A stretch of DNA of 54,949 nucleotides, the filler included, from Catajapyx aquilonaris (taxonomy: Eukaryota), in NCBI GenBank assembly GCA_000934665.2. It is 3 parts of 3 records of this genome, joined end to end, with 100 filler letters (N's around TTAATTAATTAA, not from the genome) between each part and the next. Parts side by side here need not be neighbours in the genome. Positions count along the whole stretch, not along the records: positions 1 to 17,790 come from JYFJ02006868.1; positions 17,891 to 36,485 come from JYFJ02006869.1; 1 more part is not named here. One strand, 5' to 3'. This document shows, in pieces, positions 12,731 to 25,000 of this stretch. A model generated the notes under the pieces. The model searched no databases. It had not been told where the DNA came from and saw only the letters and a list, made by a program, of their open reading frames with translations. Both the position numbers and the translations under genes were made by a program. Positions within the stretch are counted from its first letter, which is position 1, and each line of letters opens with the position of its first letter.

Positions 12731-12990
12731 GTAACAAAATATTATCTGCGGTATGATTATAATCTGACCAAAATGGCGGCTATGACATAGGGTTAAATGT
12801 GGCTGAGGAAGATCTCTCTTGGGCAAGCTGTCACAATTAAATCCTCCCAACAGCCAATGATGCTGTTTGGATAAAATGGCTAACCACTAATGGGATTTCA
12901 ATTGGAACACCCTCCATTGTTAGAAAGCTGAGGCATAAAGCAAAGCAACAGGAAAATATTTCAATCTGACACAAAAATATCAACACAACT

Positions 12991-13245
12991 GAAGGGTTCG
13001 GGAGAAGAAGGTGATAACCCTCAAATGGGTCGTAATTAAGTTTTTAAATGCAATGATATCCTGCCCCCTGGAGCTTCCTTTGTGACGGTTGTTTAGTTTC
13101 CTAAACAGACCAGAGAGGGCAGGACTGCATGTCAAAGAGCAGTTGATACATGCAAGCAGTGCAGGTAAAAGGGAACAAGCCACATATTCCAAGATGGCGG
13201 AACTACTAATTTTGAGGGTTATCACCTTCTTCTCCCGAACCCTTC
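12991..13245. mobile_element. MITE with perfect 35-bp TIRs and 4-bp TSD (AACT); Sola-like
   Basis: AACT|GAAGGGTTCGGGAGAAGAAGGTGATAACCCTCAAA ... exact inverse |AACT. Confidence 0.8.
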
Positions 13246-13323
13246 AACTATCAGCAGCTTAAGTTCGTTTCTACGTGCCTGAACAGGATAATTTTGATCA
13301 TTAGGACCCATGCTTATTCTTAC

Positions 13324-13509
13324 CTCCAGAGTTGAGAGGCAGAACATACACACATACTGATTCGATGTGTTGGACACCATGTACAAGCACTTCCTCCACA
13401 CACCATCCTGCTGACGGAAATTTTCTAGCAGCGATTCAATTTCTCGTTTCCGTTCATTTGAGGTCCGTGAAGCAAAAAATTCAATCAGCAAATTCTCCAA
13501 TTCATCCAT
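13324..13509 (-). CDS. XPO6: Exportin-6, coding exon 1 (MDELENLLIEFF...CLSTLE)
   Basis: 62 codons resembling the vertebrate XPO6 N-terminus (LESLMTEFF..TTNERKREIEELLNNF). Donor GAG|GTAAGA at 13323, phase 0. Upstream TAG acceptor at 13528-13526 and an in-frame TAA just before the ATG. Confidence 0.93.
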
Positions 13510-13912
13510 TTAGTATCTTGTCAGCCTAGAAGTTGAGAAGCTGAATCAGTTACAGGAGTAAAAACATTTCCTATTGAAAGGCAAAAATAGGATGCAACGG
13601 CACAATTTTGTTTCATGTTATAGGCATAGTACAATTTCATGGGCCATAAAAAGGTGAAAAATCACTCCTGTATCTTATGTGCTTCAATATAACTGTTCTA
13701 CAACAATCAGCCCAAACAAAAGTGAACAAATACTGGAAGTACCCATTTTATGCTGTTAATTGGTTCCAGCAACATAGCATCATAAAGTGAATAAACATCA
13801 AACAAGACAAAATTATAATGTTAGTAAATGAAATAGGTTCCAAAATTTCCAATATTTTCCCTCTGACAGTACTAATATTGCTGTTTTTAATGCTGAATAT
13901 TTAAAACATTAA

Positions 13913-14158
13913 GGGGTCGGTGCAATACTGCCCTAACCCTCCCAAACCTGATTTTGAGTAACTGCAGTTGAAAGTTTGAGAGGTCATATACATCCCATAT
14001 ACCGTGTGACTTATTTAATTTGATTTCTCAGTGACCGATACCAGAAACTGCACAATTTCAATGGATTTTATTTGATACATGTGTGTAGTATAATTATGAA
14101 AGTGTGTTTAACTCAATTTGTGTCATTTGGTGGGTTAGGGCGGTGTTGCACCGACCCC
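13913..14158. mobile_element. MITE with GG..CC termini at a TTAA-like site; Kolobok-like
   Basis: TTAA|GGGGTCGGTGCAATACTGCCCTAACCC ... GGGTTAGGGCGGTGTTGCACCGACCCC|TTCA. Confidence 0.65.
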
Positions 14159-16373
14159 TTCATACACACATTTAATGGAAAGTTCCAGGTTAAGGGTCAT
14201 CAGGTTCTGAGGGCTCATATCCCTTAGCTATGGCAAGAATTACAGTACACACAGGGTATTTAACATCAGTTGGAGTACTTCGGGGAATGCTGAGACCAAC
14301 AATACGGTACTCTATATATATCGATAGACTGTGACAAAGCACCACTAAAAACAAAATAACAGCCTTTATTGTCGTGAATTTGGACTCAAAAGTGTTGTAG
14401 TGATGAGTTAATGTTCAGATTGTGTTATCTGCAAATTTTTCACAAAAATTCGAATAAAAAGTTTCCAAAGGTAATTTTTTAACCAGTGTTAAATGTGAAA
14501 CAGCGTAAAAAGGATACTTCCTGTAGTGCTCAAGTCACTCCTTTGGGGAGAAAAAATAAAATTATCAATGATGACGGGAGTTTAAAAATGCATTTGTGAG
14601 AACAAAGATTATATCAATGATGCCACCTGAATTTCACAAATATACGTTGAAATGATTTATACATCAAATTGTATTTTTCAGAATGTAATAATTATGCCTA
14701 CATAGTTTGCTACATGGGCAGTTCGTTTTCACTTTAAAACTGCTTCCAAGAAATAAGTAGCTCCATGTGGGAGTGGAATGCATTTATCCCATATGAAATG
14801 TAATTAACCAATATCCTCTTTCCTGATTTGCTCTCATCTACCATTCATAATTTCATAACAATACTATGGGCATTACACAAATGGGTGCAAGTAAGAAATG
14901 CTCTTATTTTCACAATTTGGTGAATCCACCACCTGGGTCTTTATGACCTCTTACACTCTGCAACATCTGCTTGTTAAATCTAAGCAGCCTGCATACAGCC
15001 TCGTGAGAGACCCTCCACATCTGAGACTCAGTTGGACACTGCACTACACACTTCTCCTTTGGCTTTAAAAACTGTCTCTTACTCCAAATGGATCCCACCT
15101 GAGCAAGCTTTGAATGAAAAACACCAGTAACATCTCTGCTGCAATGCCAACATACAACAGATGTGATAATATTGGCATACCAGCTCAAGTGCCAGTCTTT
15201 CGACAGTGGCAAAAGGAGTGGTTGTGTTGTTTTCAGGGGTGAGTGGTCACTTGCAACTGAATAAGAGGGGTGCGCTTCAGCACTTCTAGCTCCTGAAGTC
15301 AACCTGCGACACTTGCCACATGGACAAGTCACTTGTAAAAGAAAAACCCAGTAGCAGGCCCTTGATTATTTGCAAGGCATACCATATATCCTGACTATAT
15401 GACCTGCTGACCAACACATTGACAATACATATCATTGCAAGTGCCTTCACTCATTAACCAATACTGTCCTAATTAGGTGCTTTAAAAATGTACCTGGTCA
15501 GTAGGGCAGTACGATAGCAGCAGCAAGACGTTTACGCCATGATGGTCAACCAGGAAGACGAAAAGTAGACAGCTGAAACTGAGAATCACTGACTAATGCA
15601 AATGAAATATGGTTAAATTACGTGGGCACTGATGATACAATGGCATCAGTGCAACTGCACATGTTCAAACAGTGCATCGCAATTTTACAGGCGTCAGTAC
15701 CCAATTACGACGACTATATCACAGAACTTCTAAAGGATGATAGACCCCAACCGACCCCAACGCTCAACGCTGTCAGGAGTTTCGCATCTTGTCACCCAAT
15801 CACTATCGGCGCTAGTGTACAGTAGGATGCGAACCATATGGCACAATTTTTAATACCATCATGTACTGTACATTCAGAACCGCAATCACTCGGTATGAAT
15901 GGAAAGCAAGATATACATAAATATCAATTACGGTATTTTTGTGCATATGCCAATATGGCACAGGTTGGCAACCATGTGGACCATGTGGACCAATAGCCGT
16001 AATCGCCATTGCCCTAAACGCTATTTCATAACTGAGGTTATGAATCAGCTGCTACCCTTCAGAGTTATTGCTATTTAGCTACGGTACTGTATTGAGAAAA
16101 TATATTGTGACTGATGACCAGACTATCAGACTCAGGGATTATTTAACAAAAATGTTTTCGTGCAGCATGGATGAAAGGTTACATATCCCACTATGACATT
16201 TCGTTATCATTTTTCAATCTGCCATTTTAATAAAACGTAATCACCTGCAGGTGTGACAGATCTGGATAACGCCATCTGTGAAGCGTAAAAATCTTGGTAA
16301 AAATGCTACTCACGTCCGAACCTCTGTGCAACGTCTGTGTAACTGCTGTGTGTAAGACGAGCACAATTACCGT

Positions 16374-16806
16374 CAGAGGTGGGCAGTATTTAAATACAAA
16401 TGTATTCAAATACTTTTTGGTATTTAGAGATGTGTTTATAACTACATTGGTTCTCCTGTATTTAAATACCGTACATACCGTACGGTACCTCTCATAAATA
16501 CTTTCCCTGCTAACTCCTTTTTTTATATTTGCATAATTCTTAATTCTGAAACCTAATGAAAGAAAAGCAGCTTGATAACATATAGCTCATTATAGAATGG
16601 ATAGGTAGGGCTACTCGTAAAAGTAGAAATCTGTTGTTTTCTTCTTTTTATCCAAAGAATGATGATAAGAAATTACAGTAGTTGCACATTAACAAAAAAA
16701 TGTATTTGAAATGTATTTACAAAATTATGTAAGTACTTTTGTTGTATTTAGTAACAAGTTAGCACTTAGTATTTAATTACATTCCAGTATTTAGTACCCA
16801 TCACTG
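16374..16806. mobile_element. hAT-type MITE
   Basis: CAGAGGTGGG...CCCATCACTG termini, perfect 8-bp TSD ATTACCGT (16366-16373 and 16807-16814), and GTATTT/AAATAC subterminal repeats. Confidence 0.85.
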
Positions 16807-17790
16807 ATTACCGTGAATAGATTTCAAATGGCACAGGGAAAGAAAGATGTAGCCTACGTATACTGTACGTGTGACATCTAAACCGATCTAAACATATAAT
16901 TATACCTCCAATGTATTATGTAAAATAGATATCTGGTGTAGACACAGCTACATCTGACTAGATGTGGCTGAGAGGTTGAACAAATGCCTATAGCTTGTGA
17001 TGGATAACATCTGTCATGTTGTAAATAGACATCCAGAATAGATGAGAGCATAGCCTACAGTACCAACTCCCTGCCAATCAGCTGAGAATCAGTCCGTAGT
17101 GTGTCTCACCTGCAAATCCTAGCAGTAATATCCAGGAGGCATTTGGGTCAGAATTGACTGTAAAGCTTTCTTTATATAGTACGATTTAAGGACTTACTGA
17201 ATGCCCTTACTTCCAGCAACATAAAATTCAATGTCAAAATATCACAAGGATTAATTATTGCAAAGACGAGTAAGACCTCACATTTTCAATAATTCTACAT
17301 TTGGAATGGTCCCAAAAATATTGTGACTTGTACAGATCCAACTGCCACCATTATGCCTCCTTTTATCTCCCTCTCTCCAAAATACATATTTTAGAAACAT
17401 ACCCTACTCAACTTCTACGCAGCAGCAATTCTCTCCATGGCCTTCCCTCAATGTTGCAATTGGCGAATATTTTTGGACAAAGAGGATAATAAGGGATGAG
17501 AATTCTCTCACACAAAATGTCTTAAAGTGTTTCATGGGAGGACTAGCAGGTACAATCTTTCATATGGGAAATGAACGAATTGATAGATTGAATGAAAGAA
17601 GTTGTAAAACATACATATTCAGTGAGCTAAGTCAGAGAGAATCTGAGAATACTCACGGCAGTGACAACTTGGAATATGTTCAGATGAGTAAGACCAGGGC
17701 CGGTTTAAGGATCCGCGGGGCCCGTAGCCCTACTAATAGCGGGGCCTCCTGGGCTCCATGTACTCGTACATAATTGCATTTTGCAACTCC

Positions 17791-17890
17791 NNNNNNNNNN
17801 NNNNNNNNNNNNNNNNNNNNNNNNNNNNNNNNNNTTAATTAATTAANNNNNNNNNNNNNNNNNNNNNNNNNNNNNNNNNNNNNNNNNNNN
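17791..17890. other. Artificial assembly linker N44-TTAATTAATTAA-N44
   Basis: Exactly 100 bp with a six-frame stop spacer; identical layout at 36486-36585. Confidence 0.95.
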
Positions 17891-19245
17891 ATCTTTCGCT
17901 ACACCAGACCCAGCCAACCTGGCCAAATAGACTCCCTCCACCTCCTCCTGTGGCATTTAGGGCCGTTTTTGAACTCTTTTAAGCAGTTCAACTACTACGC
18001 CCAGATGTCATTGCACTAAATGGAAAATTAAACGGAGATAGACACACCCAATTTACCAGGAGGTTTGAAGGATGATGATGTGGCAGCCCAACTTAAAAAA
18101 GGGGAAGCTTAACTCATTGCAGGGGTGGTACTTGCTCGTTACTGGATTAGACGCATTAGCTACTCCTAAATTTATTTTTGCGCATTTAACAAAATGCCTG
18201 CATGTTTTAGAATGGTGCGGTATACTTCTGGGTGTACTGGCATAAAATAATGTTTCATCATCTGGGATATACCGAGGTAATAAGCCTATCTAATTTGAAT
18301 GCAACACTAGCACTGGGACGGACGCTTGTCACATGCTGTAAATCAACCAACGAGGAGTTGGTACAGAATTACCTAAAAAAAGATGCAACGTTGAGCATGA
18401 TTTACGGCGCTGCGATGCTTCAACCAGGTTTTGAGACCGGATTTACCCCCTCAGTTAAGACCAGAACATTTGTTTTAGTTGAAGGCCCTCTTATCGTAAG
18501 AGTACAACGAGTTCTAGTCGCTGCTTCTCTGGCTGACAAGTATGATGCGATAAGTTACCCTTCGAGTTATGCATACAAACACTATACTTGATGCAAATGC
18601 CACAAGTGCATGGATTGCAATACCCGATAATTAAAAAAATAATTTAATCGACTGGCCAGCAATGGTAAATAAGTAGATTTTGTCGCACATGTTGGGGTCG
18701 ATCAATTGTCCCAATCTGTATTTGTCACAGTGTAAACTGGCGGGGGCAGGTATAGGGGGTAGAAGAAAATGTTTACGACAGGTGGTGGAGTATGTAGGGC
18801 ACTCTTTTTTTTTGGAGGGGGGGGGGGGAGCGGACCGGTATATTGGCAGCTCTTTGAAAGCGCTAATAAAAATGGTTTTCCGCGAATTGACCAACAGCAG
18901 CAAAAGGCTGTTCGTGCAGAGAAGGAGAAAATGATTGGAACTTCGGTCTAATTATTCTCCGAGAAAAAACAAAAAATGGCAACACCGCACGATTCAGAAT
19001 ATTTCTAAGAGATCTCGTGAAGTCTGTGAATGCGATGAGTCTCCTTAGGTCGTTGAACGAAATAATTTTAATTTCAATTCAGAAAATTCTGCGCAGAATG
19101 AACCAAATGAATTCGCCAGGAAGTCCAATGATGCGTGGAGAATTCCCCGTGTGATCTAGGGCAAATCCAGGAAATTCATTGAGAAGGAATCGATATCTTT
19201 GACCCCCCCTCCCAGCAGCAGCAGGTTCAGCAACAATAAGAAAGG

Positions 19246-19293
19246 TGACGTCACCCGCAGACAATATAACCTCGTCTTCCTCCGGTGACGTCA
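19246..19293. promoter_or_regulatory. Two perfect CRE/ATF palindromes (TGACGTCA) 40 bp apart in CpG-rich DNA
   Basis: TGACGTCA at 19246-19253 and 19286-19293. Function is inferred only. Confidence 0.35.
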
Positions 19294-20898
19294 GTGATTT
19301 TTGTATTGTTGAACTTGTCCTTTCCCATGCTGCGTTCACGGTCCCGTTCACATAAATTGTACAGAAGGAGCCACGGAGTATGTACAACTCTCGACCTCTC
19401 TTGTCAACGGAGCCCCACCGCATTGTTTTCGTGTCTGTTTTGTCAACTGCCAGCATCTCTTTCATGTCCGCGGTTAATAATCGCTAAAAGGCCGGCTTTG
19501 TTCTCGCCAAATTTTCTGCACAAAAATTCGTGCTCGTGTGCGCAGTTTTCCCATCAGAGTACATGCCATCCCACACTTCCATCGCCTGACACTGTCACCT
19601 AACGAGACATTTAAAAAAAGGCAAGGTCACCGTGGGATAATTACTGGGCACAATATTTGACATTGTTAATAAAATATAGCGCCTTAGATCGTGATCGAGT
19701 AATTAATTAATACGCACTTAGAACCAGCTGCATAGAGGCAAGGCAAAAATGTCCCGATTGTGCAAAAGTACGCGAAATAATCAGTGTTCATATACAACTG
19801 TCTCCTGGTGATTATAAAATTCGCAATTATATCTCGCGACGAAGGAATTTCATTGAGCAAATCAACACCTATCGCCCAGGCTTCTGATTGGCCTGCCGTA
19901 TATTGTTTACGCGACGATTCCGATTGGTTCCCGTTCGGCGCCTGCGCAATAGGGGAGGCAGCGCCTCTGGTGGATGGAACTAGCAATCAACACCTATTTT
20001 TGCCCATTTTCTTCCTAATTTTATAGAAGCTTCACTTTTTTAAAAATAAACTCGAAGAGACATAAAATTGAACAAGCCTGTTTCGCCTCGTATGAACTCC
20101 AATTAGCAAGAAAAAAATGAGTTAATAAAAATTAGCCGCTGTAATTAGGTGGAAAAGCAGCATCTCTTCACGCCCTAATCTGCAATCATGGCTCTGCTTA
20201 ATACGTCGCAAGTGATGCGCATATTTTTTTTCTCGCCACAATTCATTTTTATGCATTTCTTAGCCCCCAGATTATCCCAGAATTCATTAATAGCTGGCGA
20301 AAAACTTTTCATTAACAAGACGGTTCCCGCAATAAATGGACAGCAGTTGAAGCATCAGTGTGTGTCCGCATCTTTTTGCCGCCTGTAGTACACGTCAGAT
20401 TCGAGAGGCCATAAATCATCCGCACCTAAGTGTTCCTTTGTCATTAGTTTAAATGCCGCATTGAGCCACAGTCCAACCCACGACTTGACAAGTAAAGATG
20501 CAATTGAAGCACCTGCCACGTCATTGCCGCTAATGCACGTAATCCTCTGGCAACAATTTTTTTTTTTTAAACGTGGAGTCATCGGTTGAAACAGTTGAAG
20601 CCTGGTCCATTATTATTGCGAAGCCTTGCGCAGGGAAAAAAGAAGTGGGGCTGTCTGAATCTGGTCGAGCAAGATATTTCAAGCCCTCCTTTCACTCGTT
20701 TCTCCAGCAGCAGAAGGACCAGACCCAGATATGCAACCTGCCTTGGACTAGGCTCGCAGAAAATGCCCGTTTAAAATATTCTAATTAATTACATTTAATT
20801 TACCTGTTGGCAAAAATAGTTCCAGTGCTGATACCATTGAATTGCCTGGCTAATATAGCAAATATTGGGCGCTAAACTGATTCTTTTTTATTTATTTA

Positions 20899-21018
20899 CT
20901 AGTTCCATCCACCAGAGGCGCTGCCTCCCCCATTTAGCATGCGCATTCGTGTAAACAACATATGACAGGCCAATTATAAGCGTCGCTCACGCAACGAACG
21001 ATTTTAATATTTCTAAGA
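20899..21018 (-). mobile_element. Miniature non-autonomous Helitron-like element (relatives at about 19870-19983 and 32162-32315)
   Basis: On the minus strand: A|TCTTAGAAATATTAAAA ... GAGGCAGCGCCTC hairpin ... CTAG|T. No TSD. Confidence 0.5.
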
Positions 21019-21065
21019 TTTATTTTACTCCGTTGGGCTCGCAGGGTATTGGTGGGATTTACATA

Positions 21066-21636
21066 CAATTTTTTTTTTACGAGAGCAACCTAGTGCGCAC
21101 CCACACTCGCGCATCATGTTTATTGTTCTGGCAATAACGTTAGTTTCTCTAAGATTCGCTGGTTCTTGGCAACATCGCAAAAAGCCAACCATCCTCGAGC
21201 CAGGGAGCATAATATACTACATAAGAGGCACAAACATTCGATTTCCGCGTCTCTCTGTTTGGGGCGTTGTCAAGGCTGGCAGCCATTTTGAAGTGTGGGT
21301 AACGCCAACGAGGTATGAATAGGGTACAGGCAAAAATAGGGTCCGTCATATTTGATTCGCACGTGTTCTTGCCGTGTAGTTGCCATGGCGGCCAAAACCA
21401 TCAAAGATGGTGGACCCTATTTTTGCATGTATCCTATTTATACCTCGTTGGCGTTCCACACACTTCAAAATGGCCGCCAGCCTTGGCAACGGCCCCAAAC
21501 AGAGAGACGCGAACATCAAAGGCGCCGAAAGAAGTTTGCGCCTCTTATGTAGTATATGCTCCCTGCTCGAGCTCAGTGGAATTTGCGCGAACTGTATTGC
21601 GCACTCGGTTGCGTTCATTTAAAAATTCATCTATAG
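21066..21636. mobile_element. MITE family B (AACCGAGTGCGCA subterminal inverted motif) hosting a nested MITE; other copies at about 33637-33875 and 35625-35892
   Basis: GCAACC(T/G)AGTGCGCA at the left and TGCGCACT(C/A)GGT at the right in all three copies, with shared internal sequence. Confidence 0.6.
21201..21565. mobile_element. Foldback MITE with 7-bp TSD (P/Galileo-like), copy 1
   Basis: CAGGGAGCAT...ATGCTCCCTG with arms of about 155 bp; TSD CTCGAGC. Confidence 0.85.
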
Positions 21637-21963
21637 TCGTTATGAAAATAATATTCGGTTTTGAAGTCTACAACCGGTTCGATGTCAATTGTTCAAATCG
21701 GATTCGTGTCAAATGACGCTGATATCGAGTCAGTTTGTGTCTGGGCCAGATCCGGACCGGGTCCACTTTCATCACCTTGGGCCCCGCTGTCCTTTTTTTA
21801 AAAAATAATATTTTTAAAACCCCCTGCATATACATTTCTGCGCAGTGTGGTGTGCAGAGGTGCGAAGAACAATGAAGACTCGTCCCTCTTTTAGCCTACA
21901 AGAGGAGGGGTCCATCCAGCATCCACGGTTTGTTGGCGACACACTTTGTTGGGCGTGTGCACC

Positions 21964-21967
<4 letters not shown>

Positions 21968-22017
<50 letters not shown>
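21968..22017. repeat. (CT)n microsatellite
   Basis: Direct reading. Confidence 0.95.
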
Positions 22018-22022
<5 letters not shown>

Positions 22023-25000
22023 TTTTGCTGATGTGTGCCAGCAGCTCCAACAGACCCCTGCACACGTCACTTCTTGCCAAGGAGAAGAGAAAACCTGGCC
22101 CATTCAAGGACTCCCATCCAACTTCAAACACACCCCACCAACCATCACATCCTCCACAGGGAAAGTCATCCATACCTCACACTCGTGCAATGTCTCTCTG
22201 TGTGTGTGTTAGCCACATAATATATTAGTATAGAGATATCACTTTTTCTTCCCACGACTTTATTGGAGGAGTTTCGCAAATGGGACGCCCTGGATTTCCG
22301 AAAGACATTCATTACAAGAGCTAATGGGTCTCCCAAAGTGGATGGTTCCTTTTAAGTGAAATGTCACGCACGGGGACTCGAAAGAAAAGTGCTGCGCTGG
22401 TTAGGATTCTAGGAAATTAATACACCCGACATTATATGCACCGAGGAAAGTGACATGTCGCAATTAGATCCGGCACCATTCCACGTTAACATATTTTCAG
22501 GCTGACGGTAAGCATTCCAGTGGGAAGTGCGTAAGTGTGTCTTACAGAGCTTCAATGATAACGTTTTAGATTTTATGTTAAATAATTTTTATGCGAGGTT
22601 TGCAAGAAGCCGGTCGTTATCTGCAATGACACCATATTGTATAATCAGTGTAAGTAACAATGTCCGACTGTATACCACACATCGGTGTAATGTTAGTAAC
22701 AATGTCCGGCATCTATATTTACGATATGTACACACGATGGTGCCGTCACCGTCTCTTTCGGTGTTTCGTTTATGTAAGTTTATAATACACAGGCTCCTTA
22801 GAATGAAAATAAAAAAGAACAATAGATAAGGCGATGAGGTAATAGTGCTCCGCGTGACAATACTTCACGTTTCTAATGTAAACATCTTCGCAATGAGAGT
22901 GTGTATGGCCTGGAATGCTGCCAGAAGTACGTCATTGTTGACAGTTGCTGTTGCATCGCGCACACTTATTACTTGGATACATATGGCAGTCCCCATATAT
23001 ACGCGAAATGCAAACAGGTCGGACCACTGATAGCCCAGGTTGTAACTTGGAAAGTGAGTATAAATTTCGACAAAGCAAATTGTCGTAAAATCAACAAAAT
23101 ACACACATGAAAATCGTACTACTAATCCCCTTATAATTATGTCCGTCAACACTTATCGCCTAATAGTTTTCGATTTCAACAATTACTAGAGGCCATATGG
23201 CGGTCTGATAGGGTGGGGCCCACTTCAATGGACTTTGTCCGCGCAAGTGACTCATCACCAACGTCAACGTGCATGTGATACTACTTTCCTCCTGAGAGTG
23301 GCAAGTGTGCCTATGTGCCAACTGGTACGTCCAATTGGGGGGTAAGCAGTGTCCCCAAAATTTGGCAACGAGCCCGCTACTTCTTAAAAATATATATATT
23401 TCGGATCACCCTGTACACACTTTTTGCGCTGTACAACCGGCCCTAAAAATTGAGACGACTTCCTGTACTTTTTTTTCCCCCCCGGCCGCGAATCTTCAGA
23501 TAATATCCCGTCCTTCCCATCAAACTTGTCCTCGATGAGCAAGCAAATGATCACGTAACCTCTTCGGATTTTCTGCGTGCAATAATTTTTTTGCACAAAA
23601 AAAGAGCAAGTCGGGGTCATCAGTTCCGTGCCTAAAAGGTGTGGGCTGTCCATCACGGCCGTTACTTAATTGGGCGTATGTTGCCACGGATGGTTGGGTG
23701 TAAGTCGACCTTGGAGGACTCCAATGCGCGAAGAAGCACGATCCCAATAGCTTTGGAGGAATATATATAGTGTAGTGTATATAGAGAAAGACTTTTGTTT
23801 GCAATATGTGGTTTGGTGGGGTTGGTTGGACCCCGAAGACCTTCCCAAGGCCGCGGTCATTCTGCTGCCTTGGGTTCGACGCCCGGTTGTGGCCCAACCT
23901 GCTTTGAAGTGGAGGAATCATTCTGGTCCCAACAGTGGGCGGGGGATGGCCTTCGTGACATCATCGTCCTTGGCTTTGGCCTCATCGCCAAAAAAGAAAA
24001 AAAACCGAAATTCCCGACCAGCGAGATGATGACCACAGGTCGACCTTGCCACCAGTCTTGGAAGCCCGGCCAAATGATTATTTTTTTCTTTCTCGATATA
24101 TATTTTTGGGACACTATACAAACCACCTGCACCCTCGTATCTCCTCTTCTTCTTCTTTTTCTGTTGCGACTTGTTTTTTCAAGGTAATGGCAGGAGACAC
24201 GGTCAAATGAATCGGCCGGATGGAGCTTAGGGAGGGGAATAAAAGTAAGGGCCCGAGAGGAGGCCCGGGGGTTAAATGGACGAGGGAATGGTCGTTTTGT
24301 TCTAACAGTTTCAATCTCGTGGTGGAAATTTGCCATTGTTGCGAAATTTCCTACCAGTTAGGTGACGTTCATTTTTAAAACGTAGGACTGTCAATAATTA
24401 TTGGGGTGAGATTGTGCCAGGTGGGGTGAGATTGCGCCGAAGAATTTTTTGGACCAACAGTGCGCCCTGCCCCGAACTTGACTCATAACCATTGCCAACG
24501 TGGACCACCATCCCTCAATGTAGCGAAACACGTCTAAATTTCGCTAAAATGCTCCGGCCCAATCTCACCCCACCAATCACTCCAGTTTCAACAGCGGCCA
24601 GTTTAAACAACCTCTTTGAATTCGGATTAAAATGATCTGTTTTTTGTTGCGAGGAATTACATATGCCCAATGCATGATGTAACAGCTAAGTTCAAGTGTC
24701 TTTTTCCGAGCGATGACCACACATTCTTGAAATATAGCCTGTAACTCTTTTATAGTTGTTATTTTTTTCCCCCTGTGTGTGGGAAAGCAGCAAGGAGAGT
24801 GAGTGCCTGGAGGCTTCCAGCTTCATTCCTTATGCGGACCTTTATTTTTTTCTTTTTTTTGTCTGCTACCCTTCCTCCTGAACCCCACCTTTTTGGTGTG
24901 GGAGGTGCCCGAGGGAAGAAGCAGGTTTTGAGTGGGGGAGAAAAGAGAAGAAATTCCTTCCAGGAATAGATTTATCCTAATGAAAACGAAAAAAGAAGTG

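Noticed and set aside
14910..15332. 140-aa minus-strand ORF with splice-like signals upstream of XPO6
   Set aside because: No recognisable family, and the other frames are interrupted. It could be UTR or a decayed element, but this cannot be supported.
17835..17846. TTAATTAATTAA as a biological motif
   Set aside because: It is centred in a fixed-length N run and repeated identically at 36530, so it is an assembly spacer.
18232..19465. ORFs of 119 aa (+) and 128 aa (-) as genes
   Set aside because: No recognisable motifs or consistent exon chain.
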